DNA of 26,662 bases, taken from the IMG/VR virus record IMGVR_UViG_3300020043_002012, positions 1 to 26,662 of that record, one strand, 5' to 3'. The stretch comes from a virus. Its lineage: Duplodnaviria; Caudoviricetes. The translations under genes were made by a program, and so were the position numbers. The notes below the pieces were generated by a model that searched no databases, was not told the origin of the DNA, and worked only from the letters and a program-made list of their open reading frames with translations. Shown here in pieces: positions 25,230 through 26,662 of this stretch (position 1 is its first letter; each line of letters starts with the position of its first letter).

Positions 25230-25877
25230 TTAGACTTCCTCTACGACTTTTGGTTTACGAGTTTTAGGTTTCTTTTCACCAACTGCCGCAAGTATAGCCG
25301 CCATCTGTTCTTGCATTAGGGCGAGCTTCGCATCAGTTTCAGCCTTAATTTTAGCAGTTTCCTCGTCTTTTTTGGCAAGTTCTTGCTTTAACTGATTAAT
25401 TTCTTCATCTCGCTTGGCAGCTTCAGCCGACTCGCTTGCAAGGTTTAAAAACGATTTAGCCTTATCCCGAAAGGCGTGTGGTGACATACCTGCAATCATT
25501 CCAATGCGTTGTAGCTGTAAATCTGACGCATTAGCAATAGATTCTACAGTCATAAATTTAACGCCCCGTAATTCTTGGGCTTGGGATTGGCTAATTAATG
25601 GCCATTGTTCGACAGGCGTTCCAATGATTTCGCTACTGTAATCTTGGGTTGCTTGATATTGAAGCCATTGGCGGGGAAAACGCTGTTTATGGCTTTCCTG
25701 TGCGTAGGTATCAATCTCAGTCAGGTTATCCCCAGCGACCATGATTCGTACAAAATCAAAGTCTTTAAATATGGGTCTGCCTGATTCGTTGGACTCATGC
25801 TCTAGTTTAACGGCTCTTTTGTAAAACTTAACTGCTAAACGAGAATCTGCGTTTTGCTCATCGCTATCTATTGCCAT
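25230..25877 (-). CDS. Conserved phage hypothetical protein with HhH-like motif and coiled coil
   Basis: RFPRQW, GTPVEQWP and TVESIA motifs; GAGGAG RBS. Confidence 0.7.
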   Translation of the reverse strand: MAIDSDEQNADSRLAVKFYKRAVKLEHESNESGRPIFKDFDFVRIMVAGDNLTEIDTYAQESHKQRFPRQWLQYQATQDYSSEIIGTPVEQWPLISQSQAQELRGVKFMTVESIANASDLQLQRIGMIAGMSPHAFRDKAKSFLNLASESAEAAKRDEEINQLKQELAKKDEETAKIKAETDAKLALMQEQMAAILAAVGEKKPKTRKPKVVEEV

Positions 25878-25915
25878 TTGTAAAACTCCTCTAAGTGGTT
25901 AAAGGTACTGCGGTT

Positions 25916-25955
25916 AAAAGAAAAAGGGCTACCCCAATTAAGAGATAGCCCCTTG
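25916..25955 (-). terminator. Rho-independent terminator after the capsid/decoration genes
   Basis: Minus strand GGGCTATCTC-TTAATT-GGGGTAGCCC-TTTTTCTTTT. Confidence 0.8.
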
Positions 25956-25974
25956 TTTTTACTACAATTTCTGA

Positions 25975-26283
25975 TTAAACGCTAGCTTTACCAAACCAGC
26001 CATACTCGCCCGATACCATCGAAACGGCAGGAGCAATGTAAGTACCACCACCGCTTGTAGCGGCAAAGGTAGAAGCGTTAACAGTAACATCGGTTGCACC
26101 AGCAGCAATCGTGCCACCAGCTTTGGCAAACACATAACGCAAGCCATCGCTACCAAAGGTTTCAGCACCAACAGGGCCAAAACTTGGGATAGAAACGGCA
26201 GTTGCACCATTTGTGTAGTCAAAACTAACAGGCGTGGTGCTTTCTAAATCAACACCAGCAATAGGGAGAACTGAATAAGCCAT
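25975..26283 (-). CDS. Putative capsid decoration / cement protein
   Basis: Start MAYSVLP at 26283 with AAGGA RBS; small Ala/Gly/Thr-rich protein directly after the capsid gene. Confidence 0.65.
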   Translation of the reverse strand: MAYSVLPIAGVDLESTTPVSFDYTNGATAVSIPSFGPVGAETFGSDGLRYVFAKAGGTIAAGATDVTVNASTFAATSGGGTYIAPAVSMVSGEYGWFGKASV

Positions 26284-26300
26284 GATTTTTCCTTTACAAA

Positions 26301-26662
26301 TTAGGTGGTCAAAATACCCTGCAACTGAGCGTTGCTGGTAGTTAAGTTGCCAGCCCATCCGTAGAGCTTAACAATCGCATCTTGGTTAATGGCTTGACGC
26401 TCACCACCGATAGGTACGAAATTACGCTCTTTGTGTGGGCGGAAGAAGATGTAATTGGTGTTCAAGAGATACATATAAGTTGCTGTTTCTTGATTACCAA
26501 TACCACCACCGAGTACGACATCAGCAGATGTACCACCGCCGTAGAACTTAAGGGATGCAAAACCTGCTGCACCACTTTCTTCGGTAGTAATACGCTGAAT
26601 TGCTTGTAATGCACCTACAAAATACTGATATGTGGTGTTACCTGCAATGTACAAGTCAGCCT
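26301..26662 (-). CDS. Major capsid protein, C-terminal part (truncated at the right edge)
   Basis: GFASLKF, MYLLNTNY, NQDA...WAGNLT.SN...QG C-terminal pattern of HK97-fold capsid proteins. Confidence 0.8.
   Translation of the reverse strand, partial: ADLYIAGNTTYQYFVGALQAIQRITTEESGAAGFASLKFYGGGTSADVVLGGGIGNQETATYMYLLNTNYIFFRPHKERNFVPIGGERQAINQDAIVKLYGWAGNLTTSNAQLQGILTT

Noticed and set aside
2695-25970. Possible shared late-promoter motif (TAGTA-like at ~2705, ~17080, ~25962 on the minus strand)
   Set aside because: Too short and AT-rich to distinguish from chance without motif statistics.
25962-26358. Alternative-frame ORF 25962-26222 and the extended start at 26358, suggesting capsid read-through or frameshift
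   Set aside because: The decoration gene has its own RBS and ATG at 26283, and no clear slippery site is seen at the capsid stop.

Overview
Part of a tailed dsDNA phage genome with a podovirus-like virion module. A freshwater betaproteobacterial host is plausible but is only an inference. The window runs from the 5' part of the terminase large subunit (left edge, minus strand) to the 3' end of the major capsid gene (right edge, minus strand), so it appears to hold the whole non-structural region. In order: TerL/TerS, ParB-DNA methyltransferase, small basic proteins, Dps-like protein, SAM methyltransferase, several nucleases, an opposite-strand metallophosphoesterase + SprT-like pair, a Mom-like DNA-modification enzyme, a short replication-initiator-like protein, a ~500 bp structured non-coding region, a Cro-like regulator, a divergent early operon (SSB-like protein, exonuclease, microproteins), lysis genes, three tail-fibre/chaperone pairs with a GIY-YIG/NUMOD3 endonuclease among them, and ejection, tail and head genes. 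I recognise no integrase, CI repressor, helicase, primase or polymerase. The most notable unannotated signals are: (1) a small RNA-like element carrying two anti-Shine-Dalgarno motifs complementary to this phage's own G-run ribosome-binding sites, followed by a second pseudoknotted RNA; (2) an interlaced-helix RNA leader plus AT-rich tract upstream of the replication genes; (3) a 42-aa secreted, four-cysteine beta-hairpin micropeptide; (4) a four-copy palindromic operator. All RNA structures were paired by eye and all product calls rest on motif recognition, not database searches.
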